The translations under genes and the position numbers were made by a program. A stretch of 64,000 nucleotides of DNA, from the NCBI GenBank assembly GCA_038320275.1, contig JBBQEB010000001.1, positions 19,589-83,588 on the forward strand. Reading direction: 5' to 3'. Shown piece by piece: positions 19,382 to 32,505 of this stretch. This DNA comes from Myxococcales bacterium. GTDB lineage: Bacteria; Myxococcota; Myxococcia; Myxococcales; Anaeromyxobacteraceae. The notes below the pieces were generated by a model. It was not told where the DNA came from. It made no database searches and saw nothing but the letters and a program-made list of their open reading frames with translations. Position 1 is the stretch's first letter. The number at the start of each line of letters is the position of its first letter.

Positions 19382-20767
19382 TCACTCCTCGTCGAGGAGC
19401 CGCCCCGCGTCGTCGCGCTCGAGCTTGCGGTAGATCGTGCGCGCCGCGATGCCGAGGAGCTGCGCCGCCAGCGTCTTGTCCCCGCGGGTGTGGCGCAGGG
19501 TCTCCCGGATGACGAGCCGCTCCACCTCGTCCATGGGCGTTCCGATGGGGATGGCGATCGAGCCGGGCGCGGTCGCCGGCCCCGGCGCCCGCTCGCGCCG
19601 CAGCGCTTCCGGGAGGTCGCCCACGTCGAGGAGCCCTCCGCGCGAGAGCACCACCGCGCGCTCCACCGCGTGCTCCAGCTCCCGCACGTTACCTGGCCAG
19701 GGATAGGTCTCGAGCGCGGCCAGCGCCGCCGGCGTGAACCCCTCCGCTGCCTTTCCGTTCTTCGCCGCCAGCCTGCGGAGGAAGGCGCTCGCGAGGAGCG
19801 GCACGTCCTCGCGCCGCTCGCGAAGCGGGGGCAGGCGCACCGCCACCACGTCGAGCCGGTAGTACAGGTCCTCGCGGAAGCGCCCGGCGGCCACCTCGGC
19901 GTCGAGCGCCTTGTTCGTCGCGGCGACGATGCGCACGTCCACCTGCACGCCGGCCGTTCCTCCCAGGCGCTCGACCACGCCGTCCTGCAGCACCCGCAGG
20001 AGCTTCACCTGCACCGCCGGCGACATCTCCCCCACCTCGTCGAGGAAGAGGGTGCCCCCGCCGGCTCGCTCGAAGCGCCCCTCCTTGCGGGCCACCGCGC
20101 CGGTGAAGGCGCCCCGCTCGTAGCCGAAGAGCTCCGACTCCAGGATTGTCTCTGGGATGGCGGCGCAGTGCACCGGGACGAAGGGCCCCGCCGCACGGGG
20201 CGAGAGGTCGTGCAGCATCCGCGCGGCCAGCTCCTTGCCGGTGCCGCTCTCGCCGGAGAGCAGCACGGTCGCCGAGGAAGGCGCCGCCTGGCGAAGCACG
20301 TCGAGGGTGGCGCGAAAGGCCGGCGCGTTCCCGATGAGCGCACCCGCCCCGACGCCCAATCCGGCGAGCTGCGCGCGCAGGTCGCGGTTCTCGGCGAGCA
20401 GCTTGCCCTTCTCCAGCGCCTGGCGCACCGACTTCACGACCGCGTGCCGCTTGACCGGCTTCGCGATGAAATCGTAGGCCCCCTCCCTCATGGCGGAGAC
20501 TGCGGCCTCGACGGTGCCGTAGGCGGTGACGAGCACGACCTCGGTGTCGGGAGAGACCGTGTGGGCCGCGCGGAGCAGGGCTTCCCCCGACATGCCCGGC
20601 ATCATGAGGTCGGTCACGAGAACCGCCACTCGCTCGCGGCGGAGGATCTCCAGCGCCGCCGCGCCCGATTCGGCGGTGAGGACCTTCCAGCCTTCCTTGG
20701 CGAAGATCCGCCCCAGCGACTCGAGGTTCGGGCGCTCGTCGTCTGCGATGAGGACGAGCGGCTCCAC
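19382..20767 (-). CDS. Sigma-54-dependent response regulator (NtrC/AtoC family: REC-AAA-HTH)
   Basis: LIADDE, TDLMMPGMSG, GESGTGKE, ESELFGYERGAFTGA, WPGNVRELEH, Fis-type HTH. Confidence 0.95.
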   Translation of the reverse strand: MEPLVLIADDERPNLESLGRIFAKEGWKVLTAESGAAALEILRRERVAVLVTDLMMPGMSGEALLRAAHTVSPDTEVVLVTAYGTVEAAVSAMREGAYDFIAKPVKRHAVVKSVRQALEKGKLLAENRDLRAQLAGLGVGAGALIGNAPAFRATLDVLRQAAPSSATVLLSGESGTGKELAARMLHDLSPRAAGPFVPVHCAAIPETILESELFGYERGAFTGAVARKEGRFERAGGGTLFLDEVGEMSPAVQVKLLRVLQDGVVERLGGTAGVQVDVRIVAATNKALDAEVAAGRFREDLYYRLDVVAVRLPPLRERREDVPLLASAFLRRLAAKNGKAAEGFTPAALAALETYPWPGNVRELEHAVERAVVLSRGGLLDVGDLPEALRRERAPGPATAPGSIAIPIGTPMDEVERLVIRETLRHTRGDKTLAAQLLGIAARTIYRKLERDDAGRLLDEE

Positions 20768-20793
20768 TGGCCGAACCTAAAGGGCGGACGCCC

Positions 20794-21030
20794 TCAGCGC
20801 CCGCCGTCCGGCTGCAGCAGGCCTGGCGCGGTGGGCACCGTCAACGGGCCGGGCGGCGAGAGGCGCAGCCCGGCGTCGGGCGCGAGAAGATCGAGGGAGA
20901 CCGCGGGCGGCGCCCGGTCCCGCGGGAGCGGTTTCGCGGCTTCTGGCCGCTCCTGAGGGCAACCCGCGAGGAGGAGGGCGAGCGCCGTCAGCGCGACGCG
21001 CAGATCCCTCCCCGCCGCGCGCTCCCCCAC
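20794..21030 (-). CDS. Small putative lipoprotein
   Basis: Hydrophobic signal with lipobox LLAGC; fills the gap between rpmE and the regulator. Confidence 0.5.
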   Translation of the reverse strand: MGERAAGRDLRVALTALALLLAGCPQERPEAAKPLPRDRAPPAVSLDLLAPDAGLRLSPPGPLTVPTAPGLLQPDGGR

Positions 21031-21038
21031 GGCAGCGA

Positions 21039-21488
21039 TCAGGCGGACGGACCGTCGTCGGAAGCAGGCGCCGTGGAGGGCGCTTCGGCGGCCTCGCCCT
21101 CGGGAGCAGCCGGTTTGGCCTCGACCTTGGGCTTCGGCTTGCTCGCATTCGCCTTAGCGCGCTTGGCGGCGCGGTTCTCGTCCTTCACTGGAGCCTTCTT
21201 CGAGGCGGGCTTCGCTGCGGCGGCCTTGGCGACGGCCGCGGGGCTCGGCTTCGGCTCGGCGTTGGCGATGGCGCCGGAGGCCGCCGCCTGACCCGCGGAG
21301 TAGCGCGTCTTGAACCGTTCGATGCGGCCCGCGGTGTCCATGATCTTCTGCTTGCCCGTGAAGAACGGGTGGCACTGCGAGCAGATCTCGACGTGGAAGT
21401 CGCCGTGCGTGGACCGGGTCTCGATCACGGCGCCGCAGGCGCACTGGATCTTGGTCGCCTTGTAGTCTGGGTGGATTCCTTCGCGCAT
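21039..21488 (-). CDS. rpmE: 50S ribosomal protein L31 (Zn-binding type) with Ala/Lys/Pro-rich C-terminal extension
   Basis: [39 protein letters not shown]. Confidence 0.95.
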   Translation of the reverse strand: MREGIHPDYKATKIQCACGAVIETRSTHGDFHVEICSQCHPFFTGKQKIMDTAGRIERFKTRYSAGQAAASGAIANAEPKPSPAAVAKAAAAKPASKKAPVKDENRAAKRAKANASKPKPKVEAKPAAPEGEAAEAPSTAPASDDGPSA

Positions 21489-21612
21489 GATTCCCTTCGA
21501 GCAGGCCGCTTGCATGGCGAGAGTGCCATGGTCCGGGCCGCGAGGGGGCGAGGTCTAGTCCGTCGTGACCGCCGGGTCAAGCGCGGGCCGGAGCAGGCAG
21601 TCGCCAGGGAGG

Positions 21613-22920
<1,308 letters not shown>

Positions 22921-22925
22921 CGTGA

Positions 22926-25181
<2,256 letters not shown>

Positions 25182-25272
25182 CGCGGGCCGCCGACCTTTT
25201 CCGGGCACGTTCTGCCGCGGCCGCCTTACACCTTCCGGTGCGGGCCGGCTCTCCGGCGGCGCAACCCTCTCG

Positions 25273-27966
25273 ATGACACCCGAGCTCTCCCCCCGCGGGT
25301 ACACCCCGACCGTCCTCGACGAGCTCGTCCTGCGCGCCGAGAAGCCGTCGCGCTACCTGGGCTGCGAGCTCGGCGCGGTGGTGAAGGACCTGGAGGCCGG
25401 CCACCTCCGCTTCGCCCTCGCCTTCCCCGACACGTACGAGGTCGGGATGTCGAACCTCGGCTTTCGCCTCCTCTATCACGCGCTCAACGACCGCGACGCG
25501 GTGGCGTGCGAGCGGGTGTTCCTGCCGTGGCCGGACATGGAGGGGATGCTCCGCGACGCGCGCATCCCCCTCTTCACGCTGGAGTCGCGCCGGCCGGTGC
25601 GCGACTTCGACGTGCTCGGCATCACGCTGCAATTCGAGCTCTGCGCGACGAGCGTGCTCGCGCTCCTCGATCTCGCCGGCATCCCGCTCTTCGCGCGTGA
25701 GCGCGGGCGCGGCGATCCCCTCGTCCTCGGGGGCGGCCCCTGCGCCATGAACCCGGAGCCGATGGCCGAGTTCTTCGACGCCTTCGCGGTGGGCGAGGGC
25801 GAGGAGGTGGTGCACGAGATCGCCGACGCGGTCGCCGCCTGGAAGGGCTCGGGCGGCTCGCGCGAGGAGCTCCTGCGCGCGCTCGCGCGCCTCGAGGGTG
25901 TCTACGTCCCGTCCCTCTTCCGGCCCCGCTACGACCCCGTCACCCGCGCGCTGGCGGCCCTGGAGCCGCTCCTCCCCGGCTACGAGAAGGTCACCCGCCG
26001 GGTGATGCCCGACCTCGACGCGCTCTCCACGAGCGCCTACGAGCGGCCCATCGTGCCGTTCATGCAGACGGTGCACGACAGGCTCCCCATCGAGCTCCAG
26101 CGCGGCTGCACCCGCGGGTGTCGCTTCTGCCAGGTGGGCATGATCACCCGGCCCACGCGGCAGCGCGACCCGAAGCGCGTGCTCGAGATCGCCGAGACGG
26201 GGCTCCGCGCCTCGGGCTACGAGGAGGTGGGCCTGCTCTCGCTCTCCTCCGGCGACTACGCCTGCCTCAATCCCCTGCTCGACGACCTCCTCGCGCGCTG
26301 GGAGGGCGAGCGCGTCTCCATGTCGCTGCCGTCGCTCCGGACCGAGACCATGAGCGACGAGCTGGCGAAGAAGATCGCGCGCGTGCGCAAGACCGGCTTC
26401 ACGCTCGCGCCCGAGGCGGCCACCGAGCGGATGCGCGCGGTCATCAACAAGGGCAACCGCGAGGAGGATCTGCTGCGGGCGGTGGAGTCCATCTTCGGGA
26501 ACGGCTGGTCGCTCCTCAAGCTCTACTTCATGATCGGCCTGCCAGAGGAGACGGACGAGGACGTGGTCGCCATCGCCCGGCTGGCGAAGAAGTGCCTGGG
26601 CGTGGCCCGGCGCGCGATGCCCAAGGGCCAGGGATCGGTCGCCATCAACCTGGGCGCCTCCACCTTCGTGCCGAAGCCGTTCACGCCGTTCCAGTGGGAG
26701 CCCATGCTCGACGAGCGCGAGACGCGCCGCCGGCAGGGGCTCATCAGCGCAGAGCTCGCCTCCGGAAAGAACGGCGCCATCCGCTTCAAGCCGCACGACT
26801 CCCGGGCCACCTCCATCGAGGGCGCGCTCGCCCTGGGCGACCGGCGCGTCGGCACCGCCATCCTCGCGGCGTACCGGGCCGGCCAGCGGCTCGACGGGTG
26901 GAGCGAGTGGTTCGACGAGCGGCGCTGGATCGCCGCCTTCGGGGAGATGGAGCGCGTCCACGGGGTCGGGCTCGCCTTCTTCGCGCACCGGCGCCGCCCG
27001 CTGGACGAGACCCTGCCGTGGGACCGCATCGACTGCGGCGTGACGAAGCCGTATCTACAGAAGGCGCTCGCCGCGGCCCGCAACCTGGCCGAGGTGGTCG
27101 ACTGCGTGCTGGCGCCCTGCACCGTCTGTGGGGCTTGCGACTACGACGTGGTGAAGAACAGGGTGTACCAGGCGAAGGACTACGTGCCGGAGCCGCCGCC
27201 GCCCGCGCGCCCGCGCGCCCCCGAGCTCCGCACGCACGTCCGCGTCCGTTACGCAAAGGGCGGGAGGCTGGTCGCGCTCTCGCACCTCGAGACCATGCAC
27301 GCCGTCCTGCGCTCGCTGCGCCGGGCGGGCCTCCCCATGGCCTTCTCGCAGGGCTTCCACCCCAAGCCGCGGGCCTCGTTCGGACCGGCGCTGCCGGTGG
27401 GCGTCGAGAGCCGCTGCGAGTACCTCGACCTGGAGCTCCTCGGGCTTCACGACCCGGCCGAGGTGGCCCGCCGGCTGGCGGGCGCGCTCCCGCCGGGGCT
27501 CGAGCTGGAGGAGGCGCGCGCCATCCGCCCGGACGCCCCGTCCGTGAGCGCGGCCCAGCGGGCCGTCCACTATCTCGTGGAGTTCCCGGCACCGTGGACC
27601 GATGAGGCTCTCGGAGAGCGCATCCGAGCGTTCGAGGACGCGGGTCAGGCGGTCGTCCGGCGCGACGCCCCGCCCAAGGCGCGCGAGCGAAAGCGCGGCG
27701 AGAAGATTGCGCACGCGAAGGCGAGGGAGATAAATCTAAAGGATTTCGTGACCCATCTCGCCCTGGAGGGTGGACGCAGGGTCGCTTTCAGCTTGAAGGC
27801 CGATCCCTCGGGGAGCGCCAAGCCAGCCGAGGTGCTGGCGGCGATCTTCGGCGAGGGCTCGGCGCCGAGGGGAGTCCGGATCTTGAAGGAAGGCGTGAGC
27901 TTCGAGCGAGGCGCGGAGGGCCGCGAACCGGTCCCCCCGCGAGCGCCTCGCTATCTCGACGCCTGA
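25273..27966 (+). CDS. B12-binding radical SAM protein (TIGR03960-like) fused to radical SAM-linked domain (TIGR03936/DUF2344-like)
   Basis: KPSRYLG, FPDTYEVGMSNLG, CxxxCxxC (GCTRGCRFC), GFTLAPEA, CxxCGAC, then LSHLE..RRAGLPMAFSQGFHPKP..FGPALPVG. Confidence 0.88.
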   Translation: MTPELSPRGYTPTVLDELVLRAEKPSRYLGCELGAVVKDLEAGHLRFALAFPDTYEVGMSNLGFRLLYHALNDRDAVACERVFLPWPDMEGMLRDARIPLFTLESRRPVRDFDVLGITLQFELCATSVLALLDLAGIPLFARERGRGDPLVLGGGPCAMNPEPMAEFFDAFAVGEGEEVVHEIADAVAAWKGSGGSREELLRALARLEGVYVPSLFRPRYDPVTRALAALEPLLPGYEKVTRRVMPDLDALSTSAYERPIVPFMQTVHDRLPIELQRGCTRGCRFCQVGMITRPTRQRDPKRVLEIAETGLRASGYEEVGLLSLSSGDYACLNPLLDDLLARWEGERVSMSLPSLRTETMSDELAKKIARVRKTGFTLAPEAATERMRAVINKGNREEDLLRAVESIFGNGWSLLKLYFMIGLPEETDEDVVAIARLAKKCLGVARRAMPKGQGSVAINLGASTFVPKPFTPFQWEPMLDERETRRRQGLISAELASGKNGAIRFKPHDSRATSIEGALALGDRRVGTAILAAYRAGQRLDGWSEWFDERRWIAAFGEMERVHGVGLAFFAHRRRPLDETLPWDRIDCGVTKPYLQKALAAARNLAEVVDCVLAPCTVCGACDYDVVKNRVYQAKDYVPEPPPPARPRAPELRTHVRVRYAKGGRLVALSHLETMHAVLRSLRRAGLPMAFSQGFHPKPRASFGPALPVGVESRCEYLDLELLGLHDPAEVARRLAGALPPGLELEEARAIRPDAPSVSAAQRAVHYLVEFPAPWTDEALGERIRAFEDAGQAVVRRDAPPKARERKRGEKIAHAKAREINLKDFVTHLALEGGRRVAFSLKADPSGSAKPAEVLAAIFGEGSAPRGVRILKEGVSFERGAEGREPVPPRAPRYLDA

Positions 27967-28022
27967 ACGCTAACGCCCGAGCGCAGCCGCCCCAGGCGGT
28001 GTGCCGGCCGCACCTAGAGGAC

Positions 28023-28155
28023 GTGGAATTGAGCGCGAGCTCGATCGTCGATGGGACGAGCCCAACCCCACCGGGGAAGGGGCCTGCGCGACCGCGCAAG
28101 CTCCGGGCTTCCGCTCCACCCCGTGCGCCGCAACGTCGGGCCATCGAGGTTCCAC
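28023..28155 (+). ncRNA. Putative structured 5' leader of rne/rng
   Basis: Nested pairings GTGGAA/TTCCAC, TCGATGG/CCATCGA, GAGCCC/GGGCTT and a 7-bp hairpin closed by a GCGA tetraloop. Confidence 0.4.
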
Positions 28156-30690
28156 ATGGCAGGCTCGAGCATCCTCGTCATCAACGCGGCCGGCGCCGAG
28201 ACGCGCGTCGCCCTCGTCGAGAGCGGCACCATCCACGAGTTCTATCTCGAGCGTAAGCGCGAGAAGGGGATCGTCGGAAACATCTACAAGGGCCGCGTGG
28301 TCCGGGTGCTTCCCGGCATGCAGGCGGCCTTCGTCGACATCGGCCTCGACAAGGCAGCCTTCCTCTACGTCGGCGATGTCTACGGCGACCCGGACTTCTC
28401 GGAGGAATTCGAGCTCACCGAGGGCGAGCACGCCCCGCACCTGCACGAGGTCCCGAGCGAGCAGGAGGCGGAGGAGCAGGAGGCGCGCGCCCAGGCCGCC
28501 GCGGAGCGGGGCGAGCCGGCTCCGCGTTCGGGCGGGTCGCAGCTGGAGGTCGAGCTCGGGACGCCTGCCGCGGCGCTGGCCGCCGGGGCGCCCCCCTTCG
28601 CGGAGCCATCGCTCGTGGAGGCCGGCCAGGCTCGGGAGGCCGGTGACGAACCGGAAACCGCCGCGTCCGGCCCTGCATCCCACGAGGCAGCCGCCTCCGA
28701 AGCATCGTCCATCGCGGAACCCTCCGCAGGGCTGGACGAGCCCGCGCCCGCGGAAGGGCGCACCTTCGCAGCGCCCGAGGAGCCCGAGTCAGGGACCGCC
28801 CGGTCGAACATGGACCCCGTCTCCCTCTCGGAAGGCGAGAGCGCGGAGGGGCTCACCCCCATCCAGCTCACCCATCCGGTGGGGCTCGACCCCGCGCCCG
28901 CGTCGGCTGCGCTGCTCGTCCCGTCCGAGCCGGCGACCATGTTCCCCGAGGCTGCGCCCGGCGAGCCGATGGAGGTCACCCCCGAGCTCATCCAGGCGGA
29001 GCCGGAGCCGGGCACCACGCCCCCACCCCTGCCGAGCGCGCCTCCCGCTCTCGCCGACGCGCCGGTCGCGGGCCAGATCGCGGCCAGGCCCGCCGAGTCG
29101 GCGCGCGAGGCGCGCGAGGGTCGTGAGCGAGGGCGGCGCGACGAGCGAGGCCGCGGAGGCTCTCAGGGCCGCGACCGCGGAGGCGATCGCGGCGGCGGTG
29201 CTGGCGGCGGTGGCAGTGGCGGCGGGAACGGGCGTCACGGGGGCGGTCACAACGGGCACGCGCGCGAGGAGCGGCGCGGCGACAAGGCCTCGAAGAACAT
29301 CCAGGATCTCCTGAAGGAAGGCCAGGAGGTCATCGTGCAGGTGGCGAAGGATCCCATCGGCACCAAGGGCGCCCGCATCACGAGCCACATCTCGCTCCCG
29401 GGCCGGCACCTCGTCTTCATGCCCACCGTCGATCACATCGGCATCTCGCGCCGCATCGACAAGGACGGCGAGCGCCGCCGGCTGCGCGAGATCGTCGATC
29501 GCATGCGGCCGGAGAGCACGGGGTTCATCGTCCGCACCGTCGCGGAGAACGTGGAGGCGCCCAAGCTCGAGGCGGACATCCGTTTCCTCATCCAGGTCTG
29601 GAACGAGATCATCCGGACGAAGGACAAGGTGGGCGCCCCGGCGCTCCTGCATCCCGACCTCGACCTCATCCTCCGGGCCACGCGCGACCTGTTCACGGCG
29701 GACGTGCAGAAGCTCGTCATCGACGACCGCGACGAGCACGACCGCATCCTCCGCTTCGTGAAGGAGCAGGCGCCGCACCTCGAGAGCCAGATCGAGCTCT
29801 ACCGCGGCGACGAGCCCATCTTCGACGCCTACGGCATCGAGCAGGAGCTGAAGCGCGCGAGCCAGCGCAAGGTGTGGCTGAAGAGCGGCGGGTACATCAT
29901 CATCGACCAGGCGGAGGCGCTCACCGCGGTCGACGTGAACTCGGGCCGCTACGTCGGGAAGAAGAACCTCGAGGAGACGATCACCAAGATCAACATCGAG
30001 GCGGCCAAGGAGATCGTCTACCAGCTCCGGCTTCGCAACATCGGCGGCATCATCATCATCGACTTCATCGACATGGACAAGCCGGGCAACCGGGACAAGG
30101 TCTTCAAGGCCTTGCAGGATGCGCTGGGGCGGGACAAGGCGAAGACGAACGTCCTCAAGATCAGCGAGCTCGGGCTCGTCGAGATGACCCGCAAGCGCGT
30201 GCGGGAATCGGTGACGCGCATGATGAACGAGCCCTGCGGATACTGCGAGGGCAAGGGTCACCTCAAGTCGAAGGTGACCGTCGCCTACGAGATCTTCCGC
30301 GAGATCCGGCGCGACGCGCCCTCCTTCCCCGAGCCCGTGCTGGTGGTGAACTGCCACACCGAGGTGGCGCGGGTCCTCCAGGCCGAGGAGCGCGACGAGC
30401 TCCGCTACTTGATGGACCGCTTCAACAAGACCATCCAGGTGAAGTCGCAGTCCGGCTATCACCAGGAGCAGTTCGACATCTTCGGCCGGGCCGATCGCGC
30501 GGAGAAGGACCGCGCCGAGCCGGAGCGGGAAACGCGCGGAGGGCGCGGGCGCGGGCGGGGTGGACGCGGGGAGCGCGCGCCGGCGGGGGCCACGCCCGAG
30601 CCGGCCCGCGAGGTCGCCCCCACGGCGGTGCCGGCCGAGGCCGCTGGCGTGGTCACGGACGTCCTCCCGCCGGACGGCGGCAAGGGCTGA
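28156..30690 (+). CDS. Rne/Rng family ribonuclease with long insertion in the S1 domain
   Basis: GNIYKGRVVRVLPGMQAAFVDIG, QVAKDPIGTKGARIT, DVNSG, LRLRNIGGIIIIDFIDM, CxxCxG Zn link. Confidence 0.95.
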   Translation: MAGSSILVINAAGAETRVALVESGTIHEFYLERKREKGIVGNIYKGRVVRVLPGMQAAFVDIGLDKAAFLYVGDVYGDPDFSEEFELTEGEHAPHLHEVPSEQEAEEQEARAQAAAERGEPAPRSGGSQLEVELGTPAAALAAGAPPFAEPSLVEAGQAREAGDEPETAASGPASHEAAASEASSIAEPSAGLDEPAPAEGRTFAAPEEPESGTARSNMDPVSLSEGESAEGLTPIQLTHPVGLDPAPASAALLVPSEPATMFPEAAPGEPMEVTPELIQAEPEPGTTPPPLPSAPPALADAPVAGQIAARPAESAREAREGRERGRRDERGRGGSQGRDRGGDRGGGAGGGGSGGGNGRHGGGHNGHAREERRGDKASKNIQDLLKEGQEVIVQVAKDPIGTKGARITSHISLPGRHLVFMPTVDHIGISRRIDKDGERRRLREIVDRMRPESTGFIVRTVAENVEAPKLEADIRFLIQVWNEIIRTKDKVGAPALLHPDLDLILRATRDLFTADVQKLVIDDRDEHDRILRFVKEQAPHLESQIELYRGDEPIFDAYGIEQELKRASQRKVWLKSGGYIIIDQAEALTAVDVNSGRYVGKKNLEETITKINIEAAKEIVYQLRLRNIGGIIIIDFIDMDKPGNRDKVFKALQDALGRDKAKTNVLKISELGLVEMTRKRVRESVTRMMNEPCGYCEGKGHLKSKVTVAYEIFREIRRDAPSFPEPVLVVNCHTEVARVLQAEERDELRYLMDRFNKTIQVKSQSGYHQEQFDIFGRADRAEKDRAEPERETRGGRGRGRGGRGERAPAGATPEPAREVAPTAVPAEAAGVVTDVLPPDGGKG

Positions 30691-30698
30691 GGGCCACC

Positions 30699-31997
30699 AT
30701 GGCGGCCCCGGCGGTCGCCGCGCCCAGCCCGCCGGGGCGCCTCTTCTGGGCCGGCCTGCGCACCATCCTGGGGGCGCTGGGCGGCGAGACGCTGCGCCTG
30801 CGGGCGATGGCGCTCACCTACATCTCGCTCTTCGCGGTGGTTCCGGCGCTCGTGCTGGCCTTCTCCGCGGTCCAGGCCTTCGCCGGGACGACCGCGCTGT
30901 CGAACGCGATCCACGAGTACGTCCTCGCGAACCTGGCGGTCGGCGCGCGCAGGACCATCGAGCCCTACCTCGACGAGTTCGTGAAGAACGCGCACACCAC
31001 CAGCGCCGGGCTGGTCGGCGGCGCCATCCTCGTCATCTCCGCGGTGGGGCTCTTCCGCTCTTTCGAGGCGGCCATCAACGAGATATGGGCGGTGCGCCGC
31101 GCGCGCGCGCTGTCCCAGCGCGTCCTCGTCTACTGGGCGGGGCTCACCCTCGGGCCGGTGCTGCTCGCCGCCTCGGTGGCCCTCGGCGGCGCGGTGGGAG
31201 CGTTCCTCTCCCGCTCGGCGCTGGGGCTCGTGCTGGCGCGGCTGGCAGGCGTGCTCATCACCTGCACCCTCTTCTCCGCGCTCTATCTCTTCGTCCCGGC
31301 GACCCGGGTGCGCTGGAGGGCCGCGGTGGTGGGCGGCGTGGTCGCCGGCGCAACCTGGGAGCTCGCCAAGACGCTGTACGCGGTGGTGGTCTGGAGATTC
31401 TTCCACTTCCACGCCGTGTACGGGTCCGTGGCGGCGATCGCCGTATTCCTGCTCTGGCTGGAGGTGTCCTGGACGCTGGTCCTCTTTGGCGCCCGGGTGT
31501 CGTTCGTGGTGCAGCACGCGCAGGTGCTGCTCCGGGGGCACGCCGAGCAAGGGGGGACCACCCCGCTCGGGCGAGAGCTGCTCGCCGGGAGAATCATGCT
31601 CGAGATCGCGGTCGCCTACGTGGCCGGCCGCCCGCCTGTGGACCCCGCCCGGATCGCCGTGAGCCTGGAGACCTTCGCCGAGCCGGTCCGGCTCGTCCTG
31701 GGGACTCTGCGGCAGGCGGGGCTCGTGCTGGAGCTTCCAGGCGGCGGGTTCGTGCCCGCGCGGCCGCTCGCGAACATCACCCTCGCGGATGTGCGGCGGG
31801 CGATGTCGGGCGAGGCGCCTCGACACGAGGGGGCCGCCGAGGCGGGGATCGTCGCGTCCCTTCTCTCCGAGGCCGAGGGCACCGCTGCCTCGACCCTGGC
31901 CCGGACGGCCTACGACGCGCTCTGCGCGGCCTCGGTGTCTCCTCCCGCCTTGCCGGTCGGCGCGCGGCGGCCGCGCGCGTCGAGCGAGCTGTCCTGA
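30699..31997 (+). CDS. YihY/BrkB family inner membrane protein with C-terminal Rrf2-like HTH
   Basis: ALTYISLFAVVP, FEAAINEIW, VYGSVAAIAVFLLWL, PARPLANITLADV. Confidence 0.85.
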   Translation: MAAPAVAAPSPPGRLFWAGLRTILGALGGETLRLRAMALTYISLFAVVPALVLAFSAVQAFAGTTALSNAIHEYVLANLAVGARRTIEPYLDEFVKNAHTTSAGLVGGAILVISAVGLFRSFEAAINEIWAVRRARALSQRVLVYWAGLTLGPVLLAASVALGGAVGAFLSRSALGLVLARLAGVLITCTLFSALYLFVPATRVRWRAAVVGGVVAGATWELAKTLYAVVVWRFFHFHAVYGSVAAIAVFLLWLEVSWTLVLFGARVSFVVQHAQVLLRGHAEQGGTTPLGRELLAGRIMLEIAVAYVAGRPPVDPARIAVSLETFAEPVRLVLGTLRQAGLVLELPGGGFVPARPLANITLADVRRAMSGEAPRHEGAAEAGIVASLLSEAEGTAASTLARTAYDALCAASVSPPALPVGARRPRASSELS

Positions 31998-32041
31998 CCC
32001 GCTCCCGGCGGGGGCGCCACCCGTGCATACGTCCGGAACCC

Positions 32042-32070
32042 TTGCTGATTTCCGACCCTTGGGCTAGGCT
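32042..32070 (+). promoter_or_regulatory. Sigma-70-like promoter of IHF gene
   Basis: TTGCTG-N17-TAGGCT. Confidence 0.5.
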
Positions 32071-32127
32071 TTCGCGAACTCGCATGGCTTCCAGGGTTGG
32101 GGGGCCTCCCACGTGCCGGAGCGATGC

Positions 32128-32490
32128 ATGCTGAAGTCCGACCTCATCAACATCCTCGTGACGAAGCGAGGTGTGACCCAGAAGCAGGCCGAGGCCACCA
32201 TCGAGAACATCTTCGAGTCCATGAAGACGGCGCTGTGTGGGGGTGAGAACATCGAGATCCGCGGGCTTGGGGCCTTTCACGTGAAGCACTACGAAGGCTA
32301 CCAGGGCCGCAATCCCAAGACGGGCGAGGTCATTCCGGTAAAGCCCAAGCGGGGGATCCTGTTCCGCACGGGCAAGGAGCTGAGAGACCGGGTGAATCGG
32401 GCGGATGAGGAGGCTGCGGCGGCCGCCGCCCAGGAACGCCAGGAAGGCGGGGGCGGAGCGCCTCCCATCGCAGCCGGAGGCACCGGGTAG
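32128..32490 (+). CDS. ihfB: HU/IHF family DNA-binding protein (IHF beta-like)
   Basis: MLKSDLI, IEIRGLGAF, GRNPKTGE, FRTGKELRDRVN. Confidence 0.85.
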   Translation: MLKSDLINILVTKRGVTQKQAEATIENIFESMKTALCGGENIEIRGLGAFHVKHYEGYQGRNPKTGEVIPVKPKRGILFRTGKELRDRVNRADEEAAAAAAQERQEGGGGAPPIAAGGTG

Positions 32491-32505
32491 GTCGGCGGTC
32501 CACGT

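Noticed and set aside
21511..21528. TGGCAC...TGCA upstream of rpmE as a sigma-54 promoter
   Set aside because: Spacing between GG and GC is 2 nt too long
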